35,766 bases of DNA from Spirochaetales bacterium (GCA_016928955.1 JAFGJV010000019.1:1-35766); one strand, 5' to 3'. Positions 25,918 to 35,173 are shown, counted from the first letter of the stretch. Notes: generated by a model from the sequence alone, not told the origin. A program made the numbers and translations.

Positions 25918-27349
25918 AGAGCACCAGCACCGTGTATATCTCCAGGCGCCCCAGGAGCATCACAAAGGACAGCCAGGCCGTCACGTAATCGGGAAAAAAG
26001 TCGTAGTTGAACACCGGTCCCACCAGGGCAAAGCCCGGGCCTATGTTGCCCAGCGTGGCAAGGGTGGCGGTGATGCTCGTCTGTATGTCGTAACCGCCCG
26101 ACGCAACCACCAGGGTGCTCACGATAATGGCGGCCGCGTACAGGAAAACCATGGCCGCTATGTCGTATACCACGTTTTTCTTAAGGTAGTGGCCGTCCAC
26201 ATACACGCCGTATATGCCCCGTGGGTTGAGCAGGTAGCGCATTTCGGACAGGCCCATCTTGAACAGGGTGACGATGCGGCCCACCTTGATTCCGCCGCCT
26301 GTGGACCCCGCGCAGCCTCCAATGAACATGAGAGCGAACAGGATGGCCTGGGACAGGGCCGGCCAGGCTAGGTAGTCCGCGGTGACAAACCCGGTGGTGG
26401 TCAGGATGGACGACGTCTGGAACGCCGAATAGCGCAGGGCCTGCCCAAAGCCCTGGTAGGCGCCTCCGCGCATCAGATCCAGGGCCATCACGCCGCTGGA
26501 CGCCACGAATATCAGGATATAGGTGACAAATTCGCTGTTCTTGAACACGGCCTTGAAGTCCCCGCGGAGCATGCGCCAGTGGAGGGAAAAATTCATGCCG
26601 GCCAGGACCATGAACACGGTGACAACCCAGTCAACGTAACCCGAGCCAAAGGCGCCCACGGACTGGTTCCGCGTGGAAAAACCGCCGGTGGCCATGGTCG
26701 CGAACGAGTGGGTTACCGCGTCCAGGAGGTCCAGGCCACCCAGCATGAGCAGGGCCGTCTCAAGCACTGTCAGTCCTAGATAGATGAGCCACAGAATCTT
26801 GGCGGTTTCTGAGATGCGCGGGGTGAATTTGTCCACCTGGGGACCGGGCGCCTCGGCTTCCATGAGGGCCCTGCCGCCCATGCCCAGGAGGGGAAACACG
26901 GCCACCGTCAGCACGACGATGCCCATGCCGCCCAGCCAGTGCGTGGTAGCGCGCCACAGGAGTATGGAGTCGGGAAGGCTCTCTATGTCGGATAGCACGG
27001 TCGCGCCCGTGGTGGTCAGTCCGGATATGGTCTCGAACAGGGCGTCCACAAAGGACGGGATGGAACCCGACAGCACAAACGGCAAGGCGCCAAGCACTCC
27101 TGACAGGGTCCAGCCCAGGGTGACAAAAAGGTACCCGGTTTTGGTGGACAAGGCAGGCTTATCGCGCTTGCGGCCCGTGGCCAGGACCAGTACCAGAAAA
27201 CAGAGGCCGGCCGCCACGGGCAGGGCAAAGGCATGTACGGCTGCCGCCCCCTCTCCGAGCGCCAGACCCACCGCCATGCAGGCCGCCATGAAGCCCGACA
27301 CGATGGACAAAAGCAGGGCCAGGGCCCTGGCGAGCGGCCTAGGCTCCAC
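25892..27349 (-). CDS. trkH: Trk potassium uptake membrane protein TrkH
   Basis: FETISGLTTTGAT, WLGGMGIVV, ATGGFS, TTTGF, GGCAGSTGGGIK, LGNIGPG, MLLGRLEI; GTG start overlapping the trkA end. Confidence 0.94.
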   Translation of the reverse strand: MEPRPLARALALLLSIVSGFMAACMAVGLALGEGAAAVHAFALPVAAGLCFLVLVLATGRKRDKPALSTKTGYLFVTLGWTLSGVLGALPFVLSGSIPSFVDALFETISGLTTTGATVLSDIESLPDSILLWRATTHWLGGMGIVVLTVAVFPLLGMGGRALMEAEAPGPQVDKFTPRISETAKILWLIYLGLTVLETALLMLGGLDLLDAVTHSFATMATGGFSTRNQSVGAFGSGYVDWVVTVFMVLAGMNFSLHWRMLRGDFKAVFKNSEFVTYILIFVASSGVMALDLMRGGAYQGFGQALRYSAFQTSSILTTTGFVTADYLAWPALSQAILFALMFIGGCAGSTGGGIKVGRIVTLFKMGLSEMRYLLNPRGIYGVYVDGHYLKKNVVYDIAAMVFLYAAAIIVSTLVVASGGYDIQTSITATLATLGNIGPGFALVGPVFNYDFFPDYVTAWLSFVMLLGRLEIYTVLVLFTRSFWKR

Positions 27350-28748
27350 CCCGCCCTCCAAAGATCCTCTCAAGGGCGCCTATGCCGCTTTTGCGTACCA
27401 CAAAGGCAACGGTGTCGCCGCTGTCTATGACCGTGCGGCCGCTCGGTACCGTCAGCTCCCCGGATTTTAGCATAAAGGCCACCAGGGAGCCCTTGGGCAA
27501 GGACAGGTCCATGAGCTTTTTGCCGGCCGCTGGCGACGAGTCCTCCACGGCCAGCTCCACGATTTCCACGTCGTCCTCGAAAAAGTCATGGATGGTGCGT
27601 ATGTGGGCGCGGCGGATCAGCTCCAGCGCAAAGGCGGCAACCACGTTTTTTATGTTCACCACGGCGTCGAGCTCAAGGACGCCGCCCAGGGGGGCGTAGC
27701 GGTCATTGATGGTAATGGCAATGCCCTTGGCCGCGCCCAGCGACTTGGCCAGACGGGCGGTCAGCATGTTGTAGGTCTGGGATTCCGTGGCGCACACCAC
27801 CAGATCTGCCCTGTCAGCCCCGGCCTGTTCCAGCACCCCGAATTCCGAGCTGTCGCCGTTGACCACCTCGATGCCCTGGAAAACCCTGGACAGGCGCTTG
27901 CCCGCCTCCCGGGATGAATCCAGCACGGTGATGGACCTTCTGGACCTGAACAAGCCCTTGAGGATGCGGCCCAGGCCCCGGGCCCGCTCAAGCTCCCGCT
28001 CCTGGAGCCTCTGCACCAGATGCTCGGTTACGCGGGTGGCGCCCACGATAAGCACCTTGCGGGTAGCCTGACGCACGGCTGCCACAGGACCAGACACGCC
28101 GTCCAGGTCCTCGGGCGTGCCCAGGATGTCGAGCATGTCGTCACTGGCCACGCGGTAGTCGCCGGACGGCACGGAAAGCGTTCCGTTCTTGACCACGGCC
28201 GCCACCAGGAACTCCCTGCCTGACTGGCCGCGGAGCTCCTGCAAGGTCCGGCCGGAAAAGCCGGGCACCGCGCCCGCGTCCAGGTAGCGCAGTTGCAGCT
28301 GTCCGTCATGCAGGGGAACCACGTCCTCGGCAAAGCCGGCGTCCACGATGCGGGCCACGGCCTCCGCTGTGGCCATGGCCGGATTCACGATAACATCCAG
28401 GCCAAAGGCCCGCCTTTGCGCCTCTGACAGGGTCGAGTAAAAGGGATTCGCAACGCGGGCCACGGTCCGGACAGACTTGTTTTCCGCGGCCACCAGCCCG
28501 CAGGCCACAATGTTCACCTCATCTGAGCCCGTCAGCGCAAGGAACCACTCGGCGTCGGCTATCTTGGCCTTGCGGAGCACTTCCGGGCGGGAACCGTCGT
28601 CATGCATGACCAGGCAGTCCAGCTCGTTGGAGGCCACCCGGGCCGTTTCCGTGTCCTTTTCGATCAGGACAACATCGCGCCGCTCTTCTATCAGCTCCCT
28701 GGCAATGTGAATGCCAAGCATGCCGGCACCCACGATGATCACTCGCAT
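27339..28748 (-). CDS. trkA: Trk potassium uptake regulatory subunit TrkA (two RCK units)
   Basis: VIIVGAGMLG, LTGSDEVNIVAC, duplicated RCK_N/RCK_C layout, adjacent to trkH. Confidence 0.9.
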   Translation of the reverse strand: MRVIIVGAGMLGIHIARELIEERRDVVLIEKDTETARVASNELDCLVMHDDGSRPEVLRKAKIADAEWFLALTGSDEVNIVACGLVAAENKSVRTVARVANPFYSTLSEAQRRAFGLDVIVNPAMATAEAVARIVDAGFAEDVVPLHDGQLQLRYLDAGAVPGFSGRTLQELRGQSGREFLVAAVVKNGTLSVPSGDYRVASDDMLDILGTPEDLDGVSGPVAAVRQATRKVLIVGATRVTEHLVQRLQERELERARGLGRILKGLFRSRRSITVLDSSREAGKRLSRVFQGIEVVNGDSSEFGVLEQAGADRADLVVCATESQTYNMLTARLAKSLGAAKGIAITINDRYAPLGGVLELDAVVNIKNVVAAFALELIRRAHIRTIHDFFEDDVEIVELAVEDSSPAAGKKLMDLSLPKGSLVAFMLKSGELTVPSGRTVIDSGDTVAFVVRKSGIGALERIFGGRGGA

Positions 28749-28810
28749 CCCGCCACTATATACGACAGCGGCTAAACACGCTAGCTGACCAGTTCCTATG
28801 CAAGAAAGAC

Positions 28811-28840
28811 TTGACGTTCAATAATTTTGAACGTTACACT
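28811..28840 (+). promoter_or_regulatory. tldD promoter with overlapping palindromic operator
   Basis: TTGACG (28811-16)-N18-TACACT (28835-40); ACGTTCAA-N5-TTGAACGT (28814-28834) fills the spacer. Confidence 0.65.
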
Positions 28841-28870
28841 GAGCCGTTACGTTTCGATAAAGGAGTTGCC

Positions 28871-30316
28871 ATGCGACACGACCTCAAACGGCTCCTGGAC
28901 GCGGCAGCGGCCGCAGTTCCCGGGGCGGAATGGCTGGGACTGCGCCGCCGCCGCGGTGTACAGCGCCTGTATATGGCCAGGGACGGCGTTCTGGAGCAGG
29001 CCGTTGAGACCGACGACCAGGGCGTCATGCTGGAGGCCTTTTTCCAGGGCCAGTTCGGCTATGCCGCCACCCAGGACCTGAGCCCCGAGGGCATAGCCCG
29101 GGCGGCCAGCAGGGCCCTGACAGCCGCCAAGGCCGCCGCCGGCAAGGGCGTGCACGCGTTCAGCCTGGACGTACGGCCGGCCACCAAGCTGGTATGGGAA
29201 ACCCCCCGGGCGCGCCTGTCCGCCCCGGCCGCCGACGCGGTATTCGGCTTCCTGTCCGGCGCCTGTACGGCCCTCAAGGTGGGCGACAAGATCATCCAGA
29301 CGGCCGCCATGGTCGAGTCCGGCACCTACGAGTACGATATCGTGTCGACCAACGGCGCCGACATCAGCCAGACCCTCCACTACCTGGGTACCAGCATGCA
29401 GGCCATAGCCCGGGACGGAGCCATCGTGCAGAGGCGTAGCGCCTTTGGTCCCCGGGGCCTTACGCGCCAGGGCGGCTGGGAACTCCTGGACACGTCCGCC
29501 CTGCTGGACAAGGCCACAAGCGTGGGCGAGGAAGCCGTGGAGCTCGTGTCGGCGGAAAACTGCCCCAGCGACACGCGCACCCTGGTCCTCATGCCCGACC
29601 AGATGATGCTCCAGATCCACGAGAGCGTGGGCCATCCCCTGGAAGTGGACCGCATGCTGGGCGACGAGCGGAACTTTGCCGGATTTACCTTCGTCAAGCT
29701 GGCCGACGTGGGCTCGTTCCAGTACGGCTCCGAGCTCATGAACATCAGCTACGACCCCACCGTGCGCGGCGAGCTGGCGTCCTACGGCGCCGACGAGATA
29801 GGCAACCTGGCACGCAAGGAATTCCTCATCAAGGACGGAGTCCTGGTCAAGGCCCTGGGCAGCCTTGAAAGCCAGGCCCGCTCGGGCGTGCCCGGCGTGG
29901 CCAACCAGCGCGCGTCGGACTGGAACCGCCCGCCCATAGACCGCATGGCCAACCTCAACCTGGAGCCCGGCTCGTCCAGCTTCAAGGACATCATAGCCGG
30001 CGTCCAGAAGGGCGTCCTCATGCGCACCAACCGCTCGTGGTCCATAGACGACTACCGCAACAAGTTCCAGTTCGGCTGCGAGTACGGCACCCTGATAGAG
30101 AACGGCAAGCTCACGCGCACCGTCCGCGACCCCAACTACCGGGGCGTGTCGTCCAGCTTCTGGCGCAACCTGAGCGCGGTGGGCGACGCGTCCACGTTCG
30201 AGTTCTTCGGCACGCCCAACTGCGGCAAGGGCGAGCCCAACCAGGTGATCTTCGTGGGCCATGCCAGCCCCGTGTGCGCGTTCAACGACGTGGAAGTGTT
30301 CGGAGGTGCGAAATGA
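28871..30316 (+). CDS. tldD: TldD metalloprotease subunit
   Basis: AAGGAG RBS; HESVGHPLE zinc motif, PIDRMANL, SWSIDDYRNKFQFG, CGKGEPNQ. Confidence 0.9.
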   Translation: MRHDLKRLLDAAAAAVPGAEWLGLRRRRGVQRLYMARDGVLEQAVETDDQGVMLEAFFQGQFGYAATQDLSPEGIARAASRALTAAKAAAGKGVHAFSLDVRPATKLVWETPRARLSAPAADAVFGFLSGACTALKVGDKIIQTAAMVESGTYEYDIVSTNGADISQTLHYLGTSMQAIARDGAIVQRRSAFGPRGLTRQGGWELLDTSALLDKATSVGEEAVELVSAENCPSDTRTLVLMPDQMMLQIHESVGHPLEVDRMLGDERNFAGFTFVKLADVGSFQYGSELMNISYDPTVRGELASYGADEIGNLARKEFLIKDGVLVKALGSLESQARSGVPGVANQRASDWNRPPIDRMANLNLEPGSSSFKDIIAGVQKGVLMRTNRSWSIDDYRNKFQFGCEYGTLIENGKLTRTVRDPNYRGVSSSFWRNLSAVGDASTFEFFGTPNCGKGEPNQVIFVGHASPVCAFNDVEVFGGAK

Positions 30317-31653
30317 GCGGCGCGGCCGACTTCAAGACCCAGTTCGACGCCATCGTGAAGCTTGCCCTGGGGGAACTGCAGGGCGACGAGGCCCTGTCCC
30401 TGACCTTTGACGCCGAACGCTCGGCGTTCATGCGCTTCAATAACTGCAAGGTCCGGCAGACCGGCTTTGTGGACCAGGCATACGTGGGCATGAAATTCTT
30501 CCGCGGAGCCAAGACCTACCGCCTGCAGGTGGGCCTGTCCGGAGACCAGGCGGCCGACGCAGCCACGGTCGCGGACGCCATCAGCCGCGCGCGCGTGGCC
30601 TCGGCCCTGCTCCCGGACGACCCTTACCAGGTTCGGCCCACGTCCGCCGACACCTCGGACGCCAGCTACTCGGGCAAGCTCCTTGCAGACGACGCCATAC
30701 CCCAGAAGGTCCTGGGACCGGCGGCCGGACTGGACTTTACCGGCATCTATTCCCAGGGCACCATCTGCCGGGGCGCGGCAAACTCCGCTGGGGCCCGCCA
30801 CTGGTTCAGCACGGACACCTTCCTGGTGGACTACTCGGCCTGGCTGCCCAACGGCCGCGCCGTCAAGTCAAGCTACGCCGGCCGAGACTTTGTCGACGCG
30901 GACTACGCCGCCCGCCTGTCGGCCACCCGCATGGCCCTGGAGAACCTCCACAAGCCCGAGGTGGCCTTAAAGCCTGGCGCCTACCGCGCCTTCGTCACCG
31001 CGGACGCCCTCAACGAGCTCATCACCTTCTTCAGCTGGAACGGCCTGGGCGAGCGGGGCCTCAGGCAGGGCGAGAGCGCCTACCTGGCGCTCAAGGAAGG
31101 CCGCGAGAGCATGTCGCCGCTCTTCAGCCTGACCCAGGACTTTACCCTGGGCGTAGAACCCGCCTTCAACGGCGAGGGCGAGCTGGCCGCGGACACGCTG
31201 GAGCTGATCAAGGGCGGCAAGCTGGCCAACACCCTGGTGTCGTCCCGCAGCGCCAAGCAGTACGGCATAGCGTCCAACGCGGCCACCGCCTGGGAAGGCG
31301 TGCGCTCTCCGGCCATAGGCTCGGGCGCTTTGCCGGAAGCCGACGCCCTCAAGGCCCTGGGCACCGGCGTGTACGTGTCCAACTTCCACTATCTCAACTG
31401 GAGCGACACGGCCAGCGCCCGCGTGACGGGCATGACGCGCTTCTCCTGCCTGTGGGTTGAGAACGGCCAGGTGGTCGGGCCCATCAAGGACATGCGCTGG
31501 GACGAATCCCTGTACGCCATGCTGGGGTCCAAGCTCGAGGCCGTGACCAAGGAACGCCACCTGATCGTGGAAAGCGCCACCTATGAGGCGCGCCAGGTCG
31601 GCGGCTGCCTCTTGCCCGGCCTCTTGGTGAACGGACTGACCTTCACGCTGTAG
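30313..31653 (+). CDS. pmbA: TldE/PmbA family subunit
   Basis: ATGA overlap with tldD; GGAGG RBS; RFNNCKVRQ, PGAYRA, HYLNWSD, TGMTRF; no HExxH motif. Confidence 0.85.
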   Translation: MSGAADFKTQFDAIVKLALGELQGDEALSLTFDAERSAFMRFNNCKVRQTGFVDQAYVGMKFFRGAKTYRLQVGLSGDQAADAATVADAISRARVASALLPDDPYQVRPTSADTSDASYSGKLLADDAIPQKVLGPAAGLDFTGIYSQGTICRGAANSAGARHWFSTDTFLVDYSAWLPNGRAVKSSYAGRDFVDADYAARLSATRMALENLHKPEVALKPGAYRAFVTADALNELITFFSWNGLGERGLRQGESAYLALKEGRESMSPLFSLTQDFTLGVEPAFNGEGELAADTLELIKGGKLANTLVSSRSAKQYGIASNAATAWEGVRSPAIGSGALPEADALKALGTGVYVSNFHYLNWSDTASARVTGMTRFSCLWVENGQVVGPIKDMRWDESLYAMLGSKLEAVTKERHLIVESATYEARQVGGCLLPGLLVNGLTFTL

Positions 31654-31702
31654 TTTCCCTTGCCGGGGCTCGGCGCGCTTACCATCACGCAAAAAGTACG
31701 AC

Positions 31703-31733
31703 AACGGCGCCGCCCTCCCGGCGCCGTTTTTTT
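31703..31733 (+). terminator. Rho-independent terminator of tldD-pmbA
   Basis: AACGGCGCCG-ccctcc-CGGCGCCGTT running into a 7-T tract. Confidence 0.85.
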
Positions 31734-31775
31734 GCCCTTATCAGTTAAGGCTCCTTTTTTAAATTGGCTCGGTTT

Positions 31776-31988
31776 TCAGTAATGCGGCGGGCGCTCGGAC
31801 GCCGGCATGCCCTGTTCCTTGCCCGCATCGGCAAGATCAGAAAGGCGACCGGACAAAAGCTTCATCGCGCCCTCCAGCCTCTCAACCCGGGTCCGGTACT
31901 CGATCACCAGTGAACCAAGGTCGGCAAGGGCGGCCTCCTGCCAGGCCAGCTTGGTTTCCAGTTCGTCTATGCGTTTGGACTCGTCCAT
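31776..31988 (-). CDS. slyX: SlyX family protein
   Basis: RIDELETKLAWQE...ERPPHY; GGAGG RBS within the end of the upstream gene. Confidence 0.9.
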   Translation of the reverse strand: MDESKRIDELETKLAWQEAALADLGSLVIEYRTRVERLEGAMKLLSGRLSDLADAGKEQGMPASERPPHY

Positions 31989-31993
31989 GGGAC

Positions 31994-33865
31994 TCAACCT
32001 TCCTCCACGATGGCCGCCAGTTCCTCCCAGCGGGCCGTGCGCGCGTCTATGAGCGGCCCGAGCTCGGCGTAGCGCCGCGAGGCAGACTCAAGCTCGGGAC
32101 CCGACGAGCCGCTTGAGAACAAGCTCTCAAGGTCGGCCTTCTCCGCCTCCAGGGCGGCTATCTCGTCCAGAATGCCGTCGTATTCCCTGCGCTCCGCCCA
32201 GCTGGCCCGGCGCGCCCGGTTGGAACCGCGGCCGTCGTCTGCCCGTGCCGCCGCCGCGGGCGCATCCCGGGCGCCGGCGGCGCGTTCGTCGGCATAGACC
32301 TTGTAGTCGCCATAGCATCCGGGAAAGAGGCTCGCGCCTCCCGAGCCGTCAAAGACCAGCGTCATATCCGTGACCCCGTCCAGGAAGGCGCGGTCGTGCG
32401 ACACGGCCACCACGCAGCCCTCAAAGCCGTCTATGTAGTCTTCCAGAAGCTCAATGGTGTCTATGTCCAGGTCGTTGGTCGGCTCGTCCAGGACCAGCAC
32501 GTTGGGATGGCCGGCCAGCGTGGCCACCAGCTGGAGGCGCCTAAGCTCGCCGCCTGAAAGGGTGGACAGCCTCTGCTCGTGCATGTCGCGGTCGAAGAGG
32601 AAGCGCTCAAGGAGGCGCTCGGCGTCAAGCTCGGAGCCGTCGCCCATACGCGTGAGCTCAGCGTGCCTGCGGATATATTCGATGACGCGCGCGTCCATGG
32701 GAAGCCCGTCAGCCGTCTGCGCGTAATGGGCGCACACCGTGGACGCGCCCCGGTCCACCGCGCCGCCGTCCGGCTCCAGGGCGCCAGATATGATGGACAG
32801 GAGCGTCGTCTTGCCAGACCCGTTCGGGCCGACCACGCCAAGGCGGTCGCCCTTGCCGAACTCGTAGCTGAACGGCGACAGCACCGTGCGGCCGCCATAC
32901 GCCTTGGTCACGCCCTTGAGCTCCAGGATCTTCTTGCCGAGCCGGCGCGCCCGAGACGAGAACGCGCCCATGGCGTCAGGCCTCTCAAGCGCCTGGGCCT
33001 CAAGCTTCCGGATATCGTCCTTGCGGCGCTCGCTCTTGCCAGCGCGGGCCCTGGCGCCACGGTTCAGCCATTTGAGCTCTATCTTGAGGATGGCCCTGCG
33101 CCGCGAGTCAGCCTTCTCCAGGGACGCCCAGCGTTCCTGCCTGGCCCGGATGAAGGCGTCGTAGTTGCCCGGATAGGAGAACACTTCCCGCCGGTCTATC
33201 TCCATGATCCGTCCGCAGGTTGCCTCCAGAAAGGCGCGGTCATGGGTCACGAGCACGAACGCGAAACCGCCCTGGGCCAGCTTGCGCTCCAGGAGCTCGA
33301 TGGCTTCCAGGTCAAGGTGGTTGGTCGGCTCGTCCAGGATGGCAAGCTCGGGACGCTCGGCCAGGCAGCGCGCTATGGCCGCGCGCTTGATCATGCCGCC
33401 CGAGAAGCCGTCCATGGACGCGTCCTGGTCGGCCAGACCGAACTCCGAGCACAAGGACGCGTAACGCCGCTCCAGGAGAAAGCCGCCCTCGGCCTCCATG
33501 CGCGCCGCAAGCCTGTCCAGCTCCGCCTGTCCCGCCGCGCGCGAACCGTGCACGGCCGCGTGGTAGGCGCGCGCCAGGGCCGCCCCCGGCGATGCCCCTT
33601 CCAAAAGGAAGTCAGCCAGCGTGGAGCCAGGCCTGGCCGTTGGCCGCTGTGGCAGAACCGATACCCTGAGCCCGCGCTTTCTGGCCACGGTACCCGAGTC
33701 GGGCTCAAGCTCTCCCGAGAGCACCCTGAGCAGGGTGGACTTGCCCACGCCGTTCCGCCCCACAAGGCCGACACGCTCGCCCTCCTCAAGCCCAAAGGAC
33801 ACGTTTTCAAACAGAGGAGAGCCTATGAGGGTGACGGACACGCCGTCCAGTGAAAGAATGTTCAT
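31994..33865 (-). CDS. uup: ABC-F family ATPase, Uup-like
   Basis: Two NBDs (GRNGVGKS/DEPTNHLD; GPNGSGKT/LSGGE/DEPTNDLD), no TMs, C-terminal coiled coil ending RWEEL. Confidence 0.85.
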   Translation of the reverse strand: MNILSLDGVSVTLIGSPLFENVSFGLEEGERVGLVGRNGVGKSTLLRVLSGELEPDSGTVARKRGLRVSVLPQRPTARPGSTLADFLLEGASPGAALARAYHAAVHGSRAAGQAELDRLAARMEAEGGFLLERRYASLCSEFGLADQDASMDGFSGGMIKRAAIARCLAERPELAILDEPTNHLDLEAIELLERKLAQGGFAFVLVTHDRAFLEATCGRIMEIDRREVFSYPGNYDAFIRARQERWASLEKADSRRRAILKIELKWLNRGARARAGKSERRKDDIRKLEAQALERPDAMGAFSSRARRLGKKILELKGVTKAYGGRTVLSPFSYEFGKGDRLGVVGPNGSGKTTLLSIISGALEPDGGAVDRGASTVCAHYAQTADGLPMDARVIEYIRRHAELTRMGDGSELDAERLLERFLFDRDMHEQRLSTLSGGELRRLQLVATLAGHPNVLVLDEPTNDLDIDTIELLEDYIDGFEGCVVAVSHDRAFLDGVTDMTLVFDGSGGASLFPGCYGDYKVYADERAAGARDAPAAAARADDGRGSNRARRASWAERREYDGILDEIAALEAEKADLESLFSSGSSGPELESASRRYAELGPLIDARTARWEELAAIVEEG

Positions 33866-34011
33866 GCGTGGGCCCACTATACCCGGAAGGGACCAGCGGC
33901 GGCTACCGGGGAGGCACGGAGGATCGCGCTTCTCTTGCTGTCTTTGGGCGCCTCGCGCGGCGCTTATGTGCCCAGTGGATTTCCTGGATCACACAGCTTC
34001 CAAGGTTCCAT

Positions 34012-34085
34012 CCTGGCGCGACCGGGCTCTCGGCTTTATCTTTCCGCGCTAAGCGCGGAAAGGATACCGCCTCGATCCCTGGCGC
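34012..34085. repeat. REP-like palindromic element
   Basis: CTTTCCGCGC-taa-GCGCGGAAAG core (34040-34062) in a longer imperfect stem, bracketed by a direct repeat CCTGGCGC (34012-34019, 34078-34085). Confidence 0.5.
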
Positions 34086-34129
34086 TTGTTGGCCAGCTGG
34101 CCCATTCTCTTGTAGCCCCGGTCCAAACG

Positions 34130-34813
34130 TCATTTTTTTTCATAGTTCATTTGATGCCAGATAGCATCTTTACCGAAAGACAGAAACGCGTTGCCGTAAA
34201 ACCATTCGCCATCATTGTAGAAAGGACTAAATACCTGAGTCAAAAAAAATTGCTTATCCGACACCATGGTAATCCTGAGAACCCCGTACAGTTTCTCCTG
34301 ATATCGCTCCCCCTCCAGGTACAGATCCAGAACATTTTTCTCCCGCTCCTCGCACCCGAGTATTCTTTTAGAAAACATTCCTTGTACTGACAAAATCTTT
34401 TCCCCTGAAATGCAATCTATGATCAGCGAAGTCGGCGAGCTATACACAAGGACCCCTCCAATCCTTTCCTCATGGAGCGATGCATAATGGCGTTCATCCA
34501 GTACCAATTGATCTTCAGAAAAAGCCTCCCACACACCCGACACAGCAAGCAGGACATCTTCGGAAGCGGCGAACCCTTTTTTTGCTCTTTCTAGAATTTC
34601 CTCATCCGCGAAATACTCCCCTACATACCTACCCTCATCGAATTTTTCAGGAACACTCTCTAAGGCTGGCGCATCCTGATTATTTACTCCCGCTGCCTCC
34701 CTGATAGTAGCAGCTACTACCGGGGATTCTGTTTTACCATCATGCGTCCCAACATGATTTCTTGAACAACCTGAGAGAAAAAAAATCAACAACAGGCTTG
34801 CATAAATCCTCAT
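34130..34813 (-). CDS. Hypothetical lipoprotein (AT-rich region)
   Basis: GAGGAG RBS before ATG 34813; MRIYASLLLIFFLSGC lipobox; no recognisable domain. Confidence 0.75.
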   Translation of the reverse strand: MRIYASLLLIFFLSGCSRNHVGTHDGKTESPVVAATIREAAGVNNQDAPALESVPEKFDEGRYVGEYFADEEILERAKKGFAASEDVLLAVSGVWEAFSEDQLVLDERHYASLHEERIGGVLVYSSPTSLIIDCISGEKILSVQGMFSKRILGCEEREKNVLDLYLEGERYQEKLYGVLRITMVSDKQFFLTQVFSPFYNDGEWFYGNAFLSFGKDAIWHQMNYEKK

Positions 34814-34837
34814 GGCCTTACTCCTCATCATAAAATA

Positions 34838-35077
34838 TTACGATTTTTGTAATGCCACCTGGCACCGGATACCTATTGTGGGGATTTTTTTTCCATGCCA
34901 TGGGTCCCAAATCAATGTGCCAGAACTATCCCCTAATTGAAAATGTCCGGGTACATTGCGGATTGTATAAGTTGCAGGCACACCACTATAACCTGTTTGC
35001 CAACTTTTAGTCCCACGCACATAGGCATCAGTAATCCCTAGTCGTTCGAGTGCGTCCTTAATGACAGCCGTCCAATC
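34838..35077 (-). pseudogene. 5'-truncated gene fragment (C-terminal about 80 codons)
   Basis: Frame open from 35101 to stop 34838 with no good start or RBS: ..DWTAVIKDALERLGITDAYVRG..NVPGHFQLGDSSGTLIWDPWHG..; abuts a repeat arm at 35078. Confidence 0.55.
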
Positions 35078-35167
35078 AGTTTTTAGAAGTTCCCTTCGTT
35101 GTCACCCGAAAACACAGGATTTTATAAGGGAGGCTCTAAAAACTGAAGTTTTTAGAGCCTCCCTTAT
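35078..35167. repeat. Perfect 21-bp inverted repeat plus a diverged lone arm (REP/MITE-like)
   Basis: ATAAGGGAGGCTCTAAAAACT-ga-AGTTTTTAGAGCCTCCCTTAT (35124-35167); AGTTTTTAGAAGTTCCCTT at 35078-35096 matches the right arm at 16/19. Confidence 0.75.
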
Positions 35168-35173
35168 CACAGA

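Noticed and set aside
28871..31775. TldD/E as part of a RiPP (microcin-like) cluster
   Set aside because: No precursor peptide, YcaO or other modification genes adjacent; the operon is closed by a terminator
152..33853. Many long antisense or alternate-frame ORFs (e.g. 28847..30262 -, 24547..25830 -, 32579..33853 +)
   Set aside because: Shadow ORFs of GC-rich genes, with Arg/Gly/Ala/Pro-rich or mirror-codon composition and no motifs
33935..34390. 151-aa plus-strand ORF spanning the composition junction
   Set aside because: Runs through the palindromic element and antisense to the lipoprotein; no RBS or motif
35148..35163. GTTTTTAGAGC resembles the start of type II CRISPR repeats
   Set aside because: It is one arm of a palindrome; no regularly spaced repeat-spacer array and no cas genes in the window
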